Shown piece by piece: positions 21,691 through 32,432 of a stretch of DNA of 64,000 bases. The position numbers were made by a program, and so were the translations under genes. Within the stretch, counting starts at the first letter, position 1, and the number at the start of each line of letters is the position of its first letter. The notes under the pieces are model-generated. The model saw only the letters and a list, made by a program, of their open reading frames with translations, made no database searches and was not told the DNA's origin. Source of the DNA: Flavobacteriales bacterium (lineage in GTDB: Bacteria > Bacteroidota > Bacteroidia > Palsa-965); contig JBEIPA010000003.1 in the NCBI GenBank assembly GCA_040377305.1, forward strand, positions 188,978 to 252,977, read 5' to 3'.

Positions 21691-22415
21691 CTGCGGCTTG
21701 CGAGAACCGTTTTAGTGAGCAGGACGAAAAATGCGTTGAAGGTGACGAAGTAGATGATGTCTCTCGTGTCAACCACACCGCGACTGATCGATTCGTAATG
21801 TTGTGCAATACCGATTGACTGAATTGTGCTTTCTACATCCGAGAACATGGAAAGCGTACTCAGGTAGTGGAAGCCGTTATAGCTCAGGAAACACAACATG
21901 AGCGACAACAGGAACGACAGTATCTGACTGTCTGTTACTGACGAAGCGAAGATTCCGATGGACACGAATGATGCGCCGAGCAATAACATGCCGATGTAAG
22001 ATCCCCAGGTTCCGCCGGTGTCGATATTTCCCATTGGAGCTCCGAGGCGCCAAACGGTGTAGTAATAGATAAGAGTAGGTAGAATTGAAATTGCAACGAG
22101 AATAATTCCCGCGAAATATTTTGCAAGGATGATCTGAAGATCGGTGAGCGGTCTCGTAAGAAGCAGCTCAATTGTTCCGAGACGTTTTTCCTCAGCGAAT
22201 GATCGCATGGTAATGGCCGGAATCAACAACAAGAATACAAGTGGCCCGAGAATGAAAAGCGTGTCGATACTGGAATAGCCGAGTGTGAGTACGTTGAATC
22301 CGAGATCGAACACCCACATCGCCAATCCGGTTGCGGCAAGGAATACCACGATCACGACATAGCCGATTACGGAGCTGAGAAACGAACGTATTTCCTTGAC
22401 AAAAAGTGAGTACAT
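21684..22415 (-). CDS. gldF: Gliding motility ABC transporter permease GldF
   Basis: KEIRSFLSS..GY, IPAITMRSFAEEKRLGTIELLLTRP, HYESISRGVVDTRDIIYF. Confidence 0.95.
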   Translation of the reverse strand: MYSLFVKEIRSFLSSVIGYVVIVVFLAATGLAMWVFDLGFNVLTLGYSSIDTLFILGPLVFLLLIPAITMRSFAEEKRLGTIELLLTRPLTDLQIILAKYFAGIILVAISILPTLIYYYTVWRLGAPMGNIDTGGTWGSYIGMLLLGASFVSIGIFASSVTDSQILSFLLSLMLCFLSYNGFHYLSTLSMFSDVESTIQSIGIAQHYESISRGVVDTRDIIYFVTFNAFFVLLTKTVLASRRW

Positions 22416-22559
22416 AAAGCAGTTAAGGTCTGGGCGACCATCCAAACAGAGGGCATCTCGACTGGACGGCGTAAAAATAACGATTCAAGCGTCGTTTTAT
22501 GCGAAAATCGACTCAACCTTTTAACAACGTTTTACACGTCTAGCGCGGAAGGCGCAGAT

Positions 22560-22691
22560 CGGAGTTGGGAGATGGGAGACTGGAGTGGGTGCTGTTCCTC
22601 CAGCAAGTCCATTAGACAGCCCCTGTGTTTTCTCTGAAAACTTTGTAAAAGTTTCCTCCTCTACACTCCCGTCTCCCATCTCCCGACTCCC
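22560..22691. repeat. Heptamer (GGGAGAN) inverted tandem element, copy 1
   Basis: ggagttgggagatgggagactggagtg ... ctacactcccgtctcccatctcccgactccc; inverted copy at 52409-52493. Confidence 0.8.
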
Positions 22692-22726
22692 ATCTATTTC
22701 TATATTCGCGATTCAAATTCAAGAAA

Positions 22727-24046
22727 ATGCTCGTCCTCAAATTCGGTGGTACATCAGTAGGCTCTGCAGAACGCATCAAGCAGCTTGTACCGCTCATCGG
22801 TGATCAGCGTCCGAAAATTGTTGTGCTCTCGGCAATGTCGGGAACAACCAATGCGCTGGTAGAGATTGGCGCCGCACTATATGCGCGAGATCTCGATAAG
22901 GCTAGAAACCTGATTGACGCACTTGAGAAAAAGTATCACGCCGTAGTGGCGGAACTTTACTCAGGCGAAACCGGTAAGCGAAAGGGAACAGAACTCGTTA
23001 ACGAACATTTTGAATACCTGCGTTCATTCACCATCGACATGTTTACGGCGAATGAAGAGAAAGCTATTCTGGCTCAGGGCGAATTGCTCAGCACCGCACT
23101 CGTACATTATTACATGGAAGAGTACGGATTCAAATGTGCTTTGCTGTCTGCATTGAACTTCATGCGTATCGATGCGAACGAAGAGCCGGACAATAATTAC
23201 ATCGAGCATCATCTCAAGAACGAAATTGCACGTTTCCCCGGAAATGATGTGTACATCACACAAGGTTATATCTGTCGCAATTCGTTTGGAGAAATCGACA
23301 ACCTCAAACGGGGTGGAAGCGATTATACCGCGACGTTGATTGGTGCAGCATTGCGTTCGGAAGAAATTCAGATTTGGACAGACATCGACGGGATGCACAA
23401 TAACGACCCGCGTATCGTAGATAAAACATTTCCGATCAGCGAGCTTTCGTTTGATGAAGCCGCTGAGCTTGCTTATTTCGGTGCGAAGATTCTTCACCCA
23501 ACTTGTGTTCTTCCTGCACAGCGAAGAAATGTTCCGGTTCGATTGCTGAACACCATGCAACCCGAAGCAAAGGGAACCGTTATTGGTTCGAATGCATCGG
23601 TTGATCGTATTACAGCAGTTGCTGCGAAAGACGGAATTGCTGCAATCAAAATTCGTTCTGCGCGAATGTTGCTCGCGTACGGTTTCCTCCGTTCAGTTTT
23701 CGAAGTGTTCGAGCGTTACCGCACACCGATTGATATGATCACGACTTCAGAAGTCGCGGTTTCATTAACAGTCGACAACACTTCTCACCTCGATGAAATT
23801 GTTGCTGAACTTCAGGAATACGGACAAGTTGAGGTCGATAAAGACCAAACCATTGTTTGTATTGTCGGAACATTCGGCAAAGACAAACAAGGTTATGCTT
23901 CGCGTGTTTTCGATTCGCTGAAGGAAATTCCGATCCGTATGATTTCTTACGGGGGAAGTGAGAACAACATTTCAATTCTCGTCGACGGGAAAATGAAGAA
24001 GCAGGCATTGCAGGCACTGAACAACGGATTGTTTAACCTCAACTAA
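22727..24046 (+). CDS. lysC: Aspartate kinase
   Basis: VLKFGGTSVG, LSAMSGTT, RGGSDYTA, IWTDIDG, ELAYFGAKILHP; ACT domains. Confidence 0.95.
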   Translation: MLVLKFGGTSVGSAERIKQLVPLIGDQRPKIVVLSAMSGTTNALVEIGAALYARDLDKARNLIDALEKKYHAVVAELYSGETGKRKGTELVNEHFEYLRSFTIDMFTANEEKAILAQGELLSTALVHYYMEEYGFKCALLSALNFMRIDANEEPDNNYIEHHLKNEIARFPGNDVYITQGYICRNSFGEIDNLKRGGSDYTATLIGAALRSEEIQIWTDIDGMHNNDPRIVDKTFPISELSFDEAAELAYFGAKILHPTCVLPAQRRNVPVRLLNTMQPEAKGTVIGSNASVDRITAVAAKDGIAAIKIRSARMLLAYGFLRSVFEVFERYRTPIDMITTSEVAVSLTVDNTSHLDEIVAELQEYGQVEVDKDQTIVCIVGTFGKDKQGYASRVFDSLKEIPIRMISYGGSENNISILVDGKMKKQALQALNNGLFNLN

Positions 24047-24052
24047 GCGACG

Positions 24053-25204
24053 ATGTTGACACAATCCCAAATTACTGGTCTGCAGCAGCATCCGAGTCCG
24101 TATTATGCATACGACCTCGAACATCTTCGCAAAACGTTGGAAGCCGCGAAGAGTGCATCGTCTCCTTATAAGTATCACGTTCACTATGCATTCAAAGCGA
24201 ATGTAGATCTGAAAGTTCTTGCTGCCATTCGTGAATACGGATTCGGAGCAGATTGCGTGAGCGGGAACGAAGTAAAACGTGCAGTGGAAACCGGATTCAA
24301 ATCAAACCACATTGTTTTCGCCGGAGTCGGGAAGAATGATGATGAAATCCGTTACGCGCTCAATCAGGATATTTTCTGTTTCAACTGTGAGTCGCTGCCG
24401 GAAATGGAAGTGATTAATCAGATTGCATCAGAGCGTGCGAAAAAAGCGAGAGTTGCCTTGCGCATCAATCCAAATGTGCATGCGAATACGCATCATTACA
24501 TTACAACCGGACTCGAAGAAAATAAATTCGGAATCAGCATTCATGAATTGCCGGAAGTTCTCGAAGCGATGAAGGAACTCACGAATCTCGAGCTGATTGG
24601 AATTCACTTTCACATTGGTTCGCAGATTACAGATCTTGGTGTGTTTCGTCAGCTCTGTACACGCGTGAATGAAATTCAGGAATGGTTTGCGTCACGCAGA
24701 GTCAATCTGAAAGTCATCAACGTTGGTGGTGGTCTCGGTGTGAACTACCATGATCCGGAAGCAAATTTGATTCCCGATTTCAAAAGCTACTTCGATATTT
24801 TCCCGAAGTTCCTGCAGGTTCGGCCGGGACAGCAAGTGCATTTTGAATTAGGACGTGCGCTCGTTGCTCAATCCGGTTATCTCATTTCGCGGGTGTTGTA
24901 CGTGAAGAAAGGAGTTCAAACCAACTTCGCAATTCTCGATGCTGGAATGACGGAACTAATTCGTCCGGCATTGTATCAGGCCTATCACAAGATTGAAAAT
25001 CTCACGCCTTCTCCTGGTGCAACGATGGCGCGTTACGATGTCGTTGGTCCGGTGTGTGAATCATCCGATTGTTTCGGCAAAGCGATGGATCTACCCGAGA
25101 TCAAGCGCGGCGATTTGATTGCGATTCGTACAGCGGGCGCTTATGGAGAGGTGATGGCGAGTCATTATAATCTGCGCAAGCTCGAAGCGACGGTGTATCT
25201 CTAG
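24053..25204 (+). CDS. lysA: Diaminopimelate decarboxylase
   Basis: YAFKAN, DCVSGNE, HFHIGSQI, NVGGGLG, ELGR, GPVCESSD, GAYG. Confidence 0.95.
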   Translation: MLTQSQITGLQQHPSPYYAYDLEHLRKTLEAAKSASSPYKYHVHYAFKANVDLKVLAAIREYGFGADCVSGNEVKRAVETGFKSNHIVFAGVGKNDDEIRYALNQDIFCFNCESLPEMEVINQIASERAKKARVALRINPNVHANTHHYITTGLEENKFGISIHELPEVLEAMKELTNLELIGIHFHIGSQITDLGVFRQLCTRVNEIQEWFASRRVNLKVINVGGGLGVNYHDPEANLIPDFKSYFDIFPKFLQVRPGQQVHFELGRALVAQSGYLISRVLYVKKGVQTNFAILDAGMTELIRPALYQAYHKIENLTPSPGATMARYDVVGPVCESSDCFGKAMDLPEIKRGDLIAIRTAGAYGEVMASHYNLRKLEATVYL

Positions 25205-25209
25205 CCATT

Positions 25210-25354
25210 CAACCCCGACGGGGTTGTTTACCGTGGGTACTTTTTTCTTTACCGTAATTGAAGTCTTTCAGACTTCCGTGCATCAAGTAACTCCGGAGGA
25301 GTTCAATTACGGTAAAGAAAAAATCGTGAGTGACGCACAACCCCGACGGGGTTG
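25210..25354. repeat. REP/REPIN-like composite palindrome between convergent genes
   Basis: CAACCCCGACGGGGTTG at 25210 and 25338, enclosing TTACCGTAATTGAA...TTCAATTACGGTAA. Confidence 0.8.
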
Positions 25355-25356
25355 AA

Positions 25357-26142
25357 TTAATACCTACCTGTCGTCGTCCTTACATAGGAGAGCGTACACC
25401 CTTTCACATGATAAATATCCGTTGCGGTTGGATACGGAAGTTCCGGCGGCATTCCCGGACCGAATGGATATTGCAACAGCACGTATGTTGAATCGTTGTT
25501 CGTGACTTCGCGCACGTTTTTGTAATCGAGCATTCCGATATAATGCAATGGACTCAGGTACCGTTGAACGCGCACGGTGATTTTCGGTTGAGCTAAAAAT
25601 CTTCTTTGCAGAGCTACTTTGTTGATTGGGCGTTTGGTGATGTAATCTGCGTAGAGGTAATCGCCCTGCTTTTTGACTTCGCCCACCGGAATCATTCCGA
25701 CTTCAACGAAAATGTTGTCGAAATTTTTGTAGCCGCATCGTCCGTTGCGTGTGCGCCATTTCTTTTTGCTCGCACCGGTAATCTGCAATGTAACTTTGTA
25801 GAATTCAGAAGTGTCCATGGCTTCCGGTGGATGATATGTTCTTAAACCAAACAGCAGAGAATCTTCGAGATTGTTGTACAGAAGCGCGAGGCATTTCTCG
25901 TAAGTTGCAATTCTTGATTCCTGGATGAGAATAGTTTGATAATACGGTGATGCGGTGTCCTGTGCTTCACGATAGGCGAGTGCAAGAGCGTCTGCTCGAT
26001 AAAGTCCTGCGATAGAATCGCACACCGTGCAGGAACCAATTTGCGGTGCGCACTTATCGGTCGAATTTTCGGTCGATGGAGTCCACGCAACACAAATTGC
26101 GAATGCGATAAAACAAATAAAACTAAAAGCGTAGTTTCTCAT
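25357..26142 (-). CDS. Secreted hypothetical protein
   Basis: Signal peptide, 261-aa ORF. Confidence 0.7.
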   Translation of the reverse strand: MRNYAFSFICFIAFAICVAWTPSTENSTDKCAPQIGSCTVCDSIAGLYRADALALAYREAQDTASPYYQTILIQESRIATYEKCLALLYNNLEDSLLFGLRTYHPPEAMDTSEFYKVTLQITGASKKKWRTRNGRCGYKNFDNIFVEVGMIPVGEVKKQGDYLYADYITKRPINKVALQRRFLAQPKITVRVQRYLSPLHYIGMLDYKNVREVTNNDSTYVLLQYPFGPGMPPELPYPTATDIYHVKGCTLSYVRTTTGRY

Positions 26143-26246
26143 GTGGGTTTATCACGGACACTACTCGTGTTTGCAAAAGAAAAGATACGGCTATTGAATT
26201 CCGGATGCAAACCGAAAGTTCAAGTTTGTTAACGAAGAAATGTTAA

Positions 26247-28274
26247 CTAGCGCTGATTTTCGTAAACACCTGTGCGCTCACCACGGTATTGTAGCAAAAT
26301 GGTGTCTTTGTACGTGGTTCGGGCAAATTCCACCTCACCGTCGCCATAAACGTAGAACACGTAGAAGGGACGAGCATCCCACTGAATGGTTTTCGCCCCG
26401 ACTTTCAACTCACGCGTGGAACCTTCGTTGGCAACTGCAACAACTGTTACAGGGGAATTTCCTGTCGGAGTTTTTTCCCCTTGAGGAATATAAATTACTT
26501 CGGGAGCTAGCTTGGAGCTTGGTTGAGCGTAGATGCTGATTGACGAACCTGGAGCCAATTGTTCCAATCGGCGATTGATGTAAAATAAATTCAGGTAAGC
26601 ACGAACATCCGTTGTGGTCACACTAAAGTCAGAAACGGATTTACCCTTTTTCTTTGAATAATGTCCGAGTGGAGCAACTCCAAGTCCGAGCAGGTGCAGT
26701 GAATCCAGAAATTGATTGAGTGCGATATTCTTGGTTACAATTTTTCCGCTGCTGTCGAGTTTTACTGATTCTTGTTGTGCGAGGGTGATGTTGTATTTGA
26801 CTTCGGGGGAATAACGAACGCCTGTCTCATACACATTATTCACGTTTTGAAAGCAGGTGGCTGCCTCCGGTTTAGATTGCGTCGCGTGTGCCCAGGCGTG
26901 AAAGAAAACAACAGAGATAGAATCCAATAGATCGTCCTGAATCGTTGCACTAGTGTCCCATTTCGCATTTGCAGTTTTACTTGATACCGCGATGTGATAA
27001 GCTGCACCAACAGATGCATTCAGATAATGTTCTTGATATCGATTCTCTGTGCTGCTAATGAACTTACCATGGTCATAATATCTTTCTTTTCGCAACTCGC
27101 CGTTTTCCGACCATTCACGATAAACAGAATCGCGCAACGTTACACCTGTAATACCACTTGGTACACCATAACGTTCGCTACTGGGACCTCCTTTCGAATT
27201 CCAGGTTTTCGTCTGTAATTTGCCATGCAGATTTCGGGTCATCAACCATAGTGTTCCGGTAGATTCGTAGGTGGTCGAAATTGTGTCGTTTGGGCCGGGA
27301 TTGTAATTGATGTAGTTCAAAAGATTTCCATTCGCATACCAACTTTTCGAATAATGAACGTAATCATTCACACCCGGAGTCTTCGAGGAACGCCAATAGT
27401 TGTAACTCACTTGTTGCAAATTTCCTTTCTGATCCCACGCTTTCATAGAATCCGGATTTCCGGTTGCGCTAATCCAATGAATTGCTGCAAGAGAACTATC
27501 AGCGCGTTTTGAAATCCATTGTCCGGTTTCAACTCCGCGGGCGGTGTAATGACCAACGGTTACAATATCCGTTACCGTATCGTATTCGTAGTACGTGCCA
27601 TACAAACCAGTCATTCCATTCACGTAATATCGCTGAAGAACAGTTTTGTTTTCATCGTAGTGAACAACTTCTCCCGCAATTTGTCCGTCGAGGAATGTTT
27701 CGAGGTAAACTAGATTTCCGTTGTGGTAGTTGCTCTGAGTTCCGTCTTTGAGTGGCTCATCGTATTCAATTTCATCCCCATATTTTGCTCCGATGCGATA
27801 CGAGCTTTCCAAAACAGTATTGTCGTATTGATATAGACGATCAATCATCATCACGTTCCCTTCGGCGTTCTGGTAATACATTCCGGAAGTGAAAAGCTGA
27901 TTATCGTAGAAAACAGAATCAGTTGCGTACCAAACATACATTCCGTTTGTACTTACGTGAAACGATTGTCTTCGTGTTGCTTCAGAATCCCAGCTGTGGA
28001 AATCGACAATGGAACCATCGTTCACCGTAGCTTCGATCTTCAACGAACCTTTCTCATCAATGATTTTACCGGTGTACAATGATTTTCCTTGATAGATTTT
28101 CACGGGAATTAAATCGGGATATGCATCCGGTTCGTTGCGCAGAACTGTTGCAGGATACTTCTTTTTGGAATCGTATCGCTTGAGTAAAAGCTCGTCGAGC
28201 GAGAATCCGACATTCGTTTGTGCGAACATGGAAAGTGAATTCGCCAATAGAAAAAGTACAACCAGGCAGCGCAT
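26247..28274 (-). CDS. Secreted protein with MORN-variant/YwqK-like beta-hairpin repeats
   Basis: Signal peptide; repeated G-x-W/Y-x2-Y-x2-NG-x-L motifs (KSWYANGNL, REWSENGEL). Confidence 0.72.
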   Translation of the reverse strand: MRCLVVLFLLANSLSMFAQTNVGFSLDELLLKRYDSKKKYPATVLRNEPDAYPDLIPVKIYQGKSLYTGKIIDEKGSLKIEATVNDGSIVDFHSWDSEATRRQSFHVSTNGMYVWYATDSVFYDNQLFTSGMYYQNAEGNVMMIDRLYQYDNTVLESSYRIGAKYGDEIEYDEPLKDGTQSNYHNGNLVYLETFLDGQIAGEVVHYDENKTVLQRYYVNGMTGLYGTYYEYDTVTDIVTVGHYTARGVETGQWISKRADSSLAAIHWISATGNPDSMKAWDQKGNLQQVSYNYWRSSKTPGVNDYVHYSKSWYANGNLLNYINYNPGPNDTISTTYESTGTLWLMTRNLHGKLQTKTWNSKGGPSSERYGVPSGITGVTLRDSVYREWSENGELRKERYYDHGKFISSTENRYQEHYLNASVGAAYHIAVSSKTANAKWDTSATIQDDLLDSISVVFFHAWAHATQSKPEAATCFQNVNNVYETGVRYSPEVKYNITLAQQESVKLDSSGKIVTKNIALNQFLDSLHLLGLGVAPLGHYSKKKGKSVSDFSVTTTDVRAYLNLFYINRRLEQLAPGSSISIYAQPSSKLAPEVIYIPQGEKTPTGNSPVTVVAVANEGSTRELKVGAKTIQWDARPFYVFYVYGDGEVEFARTTYKDTILLQYRGERTGVYENQR

Positions 28275-28330
28275 GTTCTGTTTTCGGATAGGTCACAGAA
28301 AGATACAAAGTTCATTGATCTGAGATGATT

Positions 28331-28681
28331 TCAGAACCGGTAAATCGTAATTTCCGAACAGATTTCCCTGAGTTTGCCTTCGATCAGCACAATATCGAAA
28401 GCGGACGGAGACTCATAAGTAATGTGTACTGCGAGAGATGCAAGCGCATCTTGCCGCACATACACGAATCCGTTCTGTGCCATGAGCGAATCAACTTTTT
28501 CCCGACGGAGGAGAGGTTCATTACCGCAGGAATCTGAGCGATCCATAGGCAGATAAACCTGAACTTTTGTAAGATTATCTGACGAGGTAACAGAAACATT
28601 TTCCTGTGAAGTGCTGTCTGCGGATTGAGCACTCAGAAAAAACGGAAGGGTGAGCAGTAATGTGGTCAGAAAGTATCTCAT
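28331..28681 (-). CDS. Small secreted hypothetical protein
   Basis: Signal peptide MRYFLTTLLLTLPFFLSAQ. Confidence 0.6.
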   Translation of the reverse strand: MRYFLTTLLLTLPFFLSAQSADSTSQENVSVTSSDNLTKVQVYLPMDRSDSCGNEPLLRREKVDSLMAQNGFVYVRQDALASLAVHITYESPSAFDIVLIEGKLREICSEITIYRF

Positions 28682-28890
28682 CGATTGAGTGATGCACCCG
28701 TTCCTCCGATTCCACATTTCAGAGGCGAATCACACCGCAAATGTGGGGTTTTGCCTGACAAGAGTCAAATCGTGTCACCCGTTCACCTTGTGTATAAAGC
28801 CATTCATCCCGTATATGCCTCGTTTGGGCAAAAATGCCCATTCTCAGAGGGAAAAATGCGTAAAATTGCCACCGCTTAACCAGCAATGAC

Positions 28891-31335
28891 ATGAGAAGAT
28901 TACTGACTGTAGCTGCACTGTTTTTAACAGTGGCATCGTTCGCACAATTTGTGGGAAATGGATCGTTCGACGGCAAACGCCGCACTTATCTTGATGATGG
29001 TGCATGGGCTCCGCGCGAACACAATGTGGATTTCAAACACATGCGTCTCGAACTTTCGTTTGAGACTTCGCAAGGACTTGTGAAAGGTAAAGTGACGCAC
29101 ACTTTTTCTCCGCTTCGCAATACGGTTGATTCAATCTGGCTGGATGGAATTGACATGCGCATTCTGGATGCAACGGTGAATGGAAAAGCAGCAAAGACCC
29201 GCGTTGAGAAAAACGGACTGTGGATTTTTACCGGACGTTCACTTCCGTACGGCGAGAAAGACAGCATGTCGATTGTGTACGAATGCAATCCGCGTCGTGG
29301 TTTGTATTTCATCGGATGGAATGATCCTACAGGAATTTGCCGCAAACAAATCTGGAGTCAGGGGCAAGGTATTGACAACCGCAACTGGATTCCGTGCTAC
29401 GATGAGATGAACGACAAGATCACAACAGAAATGATTGTGACTTTCGCTTCGGAATACAAAGTCCTTTCAAACGGATTGAAGGTAAAGGAGAAAGACAACA
29501 AGAACGGAACCAGGACGTGGCATTACAAAATGTCTCATCCCTACGCTGCATATCTCGTGATGCTGGGCGTTGGCAAATACGATATTGAACAACGTAAATC
29601 GAAGTCAGGTGTTCCGGTGAATTTGTATTACTATCCGGAATGGAAAGATCGTGTTGCACCTACTTACCAGTACAGTGAAGACATGATTGATTTCTTTGAA
29701 ACGGAAATCGGTGTGAAATATCCTTGGGAGTCTTACTCGCAAATTCCGGTTCAGGATTTCATGTACGGAGCTATGGAGAACACAACTGCTACTGTGTTTG
29801 GAGATTTCCTCATGGTCGATGAGCGTTCGAATTATGATCGCGCTTACGTGGGTGTAAATGCGCACGAGTTGGCTCACCAATGGTTTGGAGATTATATCAC
29901 CGCACGTAGTGATGCACACCACTGGTTGCAGGAAAGTTTTGCAACGTATTACAACCAGATGTACGAGCGCAAAGTTTATGGCATGGATTATTTCGATCAG
30001 CAACGCCGCGATGCACAGAATGGTTCACTGAACGAAACAAAAAAGAATTTGCTTCCGGTTGCGCACAGCCAGTCGGGAAGTGTACGTCACTATCCAAAAG
30101 GTGCATTCGTGCTTAACATGCTGAAGTATGTTGTAGGCGGACGTGATGCTTACAACCGTGCGGTGAAATTGTATCTCGAACAGAATCCGTATTCGAATGT
30201 TGATTCCGATGATCTCTTGTACGCATTCCATGAGTCGACCGGAATGGAACTCAACTGGTTCTGGGACCAGTGGATTTACAAGGGCGGTGAACCTTCTTAC
30301 AACGTTTCTGCGAATGATATTACGGAGAACGGAAAGCGTTCAACACGTTTCTATGTTGAGCAGGTTCACGAGATGAACGATGTTGTAGGTTTGTTTAAGA
30401 TGCCGATTTGGTTCGAAGTTCATTACACGGATGGAACATCAGCACGTCAGATGCAGTGGATTGAAGAGAAATCTTCATTCGTAACTATTCCGAACGCAGG
30501 AAACAAAACAGTATCGTATGTTCTGTTTGATCCGAACAATGAAATTCTGAAGTCTGTACAATTCACAAAGCCGAACGATTGGCTTAAGAATCAGGCTTTG
30601 AATGCTCAGTACATGCTGGATCGTTATGATGCGATTGTTGCCATGCGTGATTGGTCGGTTGATCAGAAACGTGAGACATTAATCAAAGCGTACAACGACA
30701 CAAAGAATACCTGGCACACATTGAAAGGTGAAATTGCAAACCAGCTTTTCAATGATTCCGACGCAGGTTCAAAAGCAGTTGTTGCGAATGCACTTGGTGG
30801 AGAACCGTGGTTGCAGCGCGACGTGTTGAATGCACAGAATACCATTCCTGCAGACAAACTTCCGTTGTTCGAGGCGCTTCTCACATCGAAGTCGTATGAC
30901 AACGTAATGAACGCACTTGATAAATTGTGCACGCAGTATCCGCAGAACACGCAGAAGTATCTTGATGCAACGAAAGGCGTTATCGGAACCAGCGGACGCA
31001 ACGTAGAAATCAAACGTCTCGAAATCATGGGCCGTGCGAATAACGATCAGGCTTCGAAAGATCAACTTGTGAGTTACACCAGTATGTCTTACGAATTCCG
31101 GACACGTGTGAATGCTGCACAGTCGGTAAAGCGCCTGAATTATTTCGCAGTACCGTTGCTCGACAATCTCACACAAGCGATGACCACTTCCAATTCACGC
31201 CTTGCTTATCCAAGCGGTGAGGTTCTGGATTTCTTCTATTCTCAAGCTCAGTTCCGCAGCCAGATTGCGACGTTTGTGCAGAATAAGACGTGGAAAGAGT
31301 GGGAGCGGGAGCAGGTGGGGAAGATGTTGCATTAG
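28891..31335 (+). CDS. M1 family aminopeptidase (secreted)
   Basis: GAMEN, HELAHQWFG-x-WLQESFATY, YPKGA; C-terminal helical repeats. Confidence 0.95.
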   Translation: MRRLLTVAALFLTVASFAQFVGNGSFDGKRRTYLDDGAWAPREHNVDFKHMRLELSFETSQGLVKGKVTHTFSPLRNTVDSIWLDGIDMRILDATVNGKAAKTRVEKNGLWIFTGRSLPYGEKDSMSIVYECNPRRGLYFIGWNDPTGICRKQIWSQGQGIDNRNWIPCYDEMNDKITTEMIVTFASEYKVLSNGLKVKEKDNKNGTRTWHYKMSHPYAAYLVMLGVGKYDIEQRKSKSGVPVNLYYYPEWKDRVAPTYQYSEDMIDFFETEIGVKYPWESYSQIPVQDFMYGAMENTTATVFGDFLMVDERSNYDRAYVGVNAHELAHQWFGDYITARSDAHHWLQESFATYYNQMYERKVYGMDYFDQQRRDAQNGSLNETKKNLLPVAHSQSGSVRHYPKGAFVLNMLKYVVGGRDAYNRAVKLYLEQNPYSNVDSDDLLYAFHESTGMELNWFWDQWIYKGGEPSYNVSANDITENGKRSTRFYVEQVHEMNDVVGLFKMPIWFEVHYTDGTSARQMQWIEEKSSFVTIPNAGNKTVSYVLFDPNNEILKSVQFTKPNDWLKNQALNAQYMLDRYDAIVAMRDWSVDQKRETLIKAYNDTKNTWHTLKGEIANQLFNDSDAGSKAVVANALGGEPWLQRDVLNAQNTIPADKLPLFEALLTSKSYDNVMNALDKLCTQYPQNTQKYLDATKGVIGTSGRNVEIKRLEIMGRANNDQASKDQLVSYTSMSYEFRTRVNAAQSVKRLNYFAVPLLDNLTQAMTTSNSRLAYPSGEVLDFFYSQAQFRSQIATFVQNKTWKEWEREQVGKMLH

Positions 31336-31374
31336 ATTCGATGATTTGAAAATTCGAAGATTCGATATAAAGTC

Positions 31375-31404
31375 AAGAGCCTGCTTTAAACAGCAGGCTT
31401 TTTT
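31375..31404 (+). terminator. Intrinsic terminator
   Basis: AGCCTGCT-N-AGCAGGCT followed by a T tract. Confidence 0.75.
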
Positions 31405-31458
31405 GATCAGTGATTCAGCATTCCATGCGTTATGAAAAAAGCGTTGTAATTTGCCGAA

Positions 31459-31746
31459 GTGAGAACTCAAACTGTCTTAATCATTGTTGCGACTGGTATT
31501 CTTTTAGGACTAACCGGCTTCTGGTTGTTGATGAGAAGCATAAATCAGGATATCATCGAAGCGTCTCAGCTGATCGACAGTATGCAGATTGAATCGGACA
31601 GGGAGTGGAAGAAGATTCGGGAGTCGACTCCGAAGTTTGACTCAACGGGCTTTATTTTTATTACTGATACGCCTGATGCGAGGTCTTACATTCTGAAGGG
31701 AGATTCAACTTCACCGAATATATTTCTGAACAGCGACGGGAAGTAA
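31459..31746 (+). CDS. Small single-TM hypothetical protein
   Basis: N-terminal TM; TAATTTGC box just upstream of the GTG. Confidence 0.55.
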   Translation: MRTQTVLIIVATGILLGLTGFWLLMRSINQDIIEASQLIDSMQIESDREWKKIRESTPKFDSTGFIFITDTPDARSYILKGDSTSPNIFLNSDGK

Positions 31747-31787
31747 TATTCTGGGTTTGACAATTGACCAAGGACGTCACTGATTTA

Positions 31788-32420
31788 TTACTTCTTCACG
31801 ATGAAAACCAAATGAGATTCCATCGCGCCCGAATTATTTTTCCACGTGATGTCTTCTACCTGTACAATATTCAGATCGCACTTGTTGAGCATGCTCATGA
31901 TCTTGACTGAATTGTAGTAATACACGTATGAACGATCGACCTGGTTGCTTGCGTATTGGTAACCTGACTCTTCGTATTTGTCATCGATGAGGCTGAAGTA
32001 GAAAACGCCTTCGGGAGTCAGCATTGCAGCGCAATCGGAAATCAGTTTGGAAGTTTCTTCTTTGTCGAGATATGGAATGGTGAATCCGGAAATGATTGCG
32101 TCGAACTTGCGATCGAGATTGCTAACAAGACGGCAGTCCATGACTTCGAATTTTGCACGTGGGTTGTTCTGACGGGCAAGTTCAATCATGTTTGGTGCAA
32201 GATCAATACCTGTAATATTCAGTTCAGGTCGCTTTTTCAGCAAGTACTGCGTGATATTTCCGGGACCGCAACCAATGTCGAGTACGTGACTGTGCCGGTC
32301 ATGAATGAGCGTTGAAAAAAGTTCGTACGTGTCGTTGTAGAGTTCGATGTTGCCAAAGCGTTCGTGATAGGCAACAGCGTGCTTGTTGAAGGTGTTGACA
32401 GCTTCTGTATTGCGATCCAT
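31788..32420 (-). CDS. Class I SAM-dependent methyltransferase
   Basis: VLDIGCGPG, GIDLAPNMI, FDAII. Confidence 0.9.
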   Translation of the reverse strand: MDRNTEAVNTFNKHAVAYHERFGNIELYNDTYELFSTLIHDRHSHVLDIGCGPGNITQYLLKKRPELNITGIDLAPNMIELARQNNPRAKFEVMDCRLVSNLDRKFDAIISGFTIPYLDKEETSKLISDCAAMLTPEGVFYFSLIDDKYEESGYQYASNQVDRSYVYYYNSVKIMSMLNKCDLNIVQVEDITWKNNSGAMESHLVFIVKK

Positions 32421-32432
32421 GAGCGTTGGATT

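Noticed and set aside
22446-22726. Lysine riboswitch upstream of lysC
   Set aside because: No recognisable L-box conserved elements; the region is occupied by the GGGAGAN repeat element.
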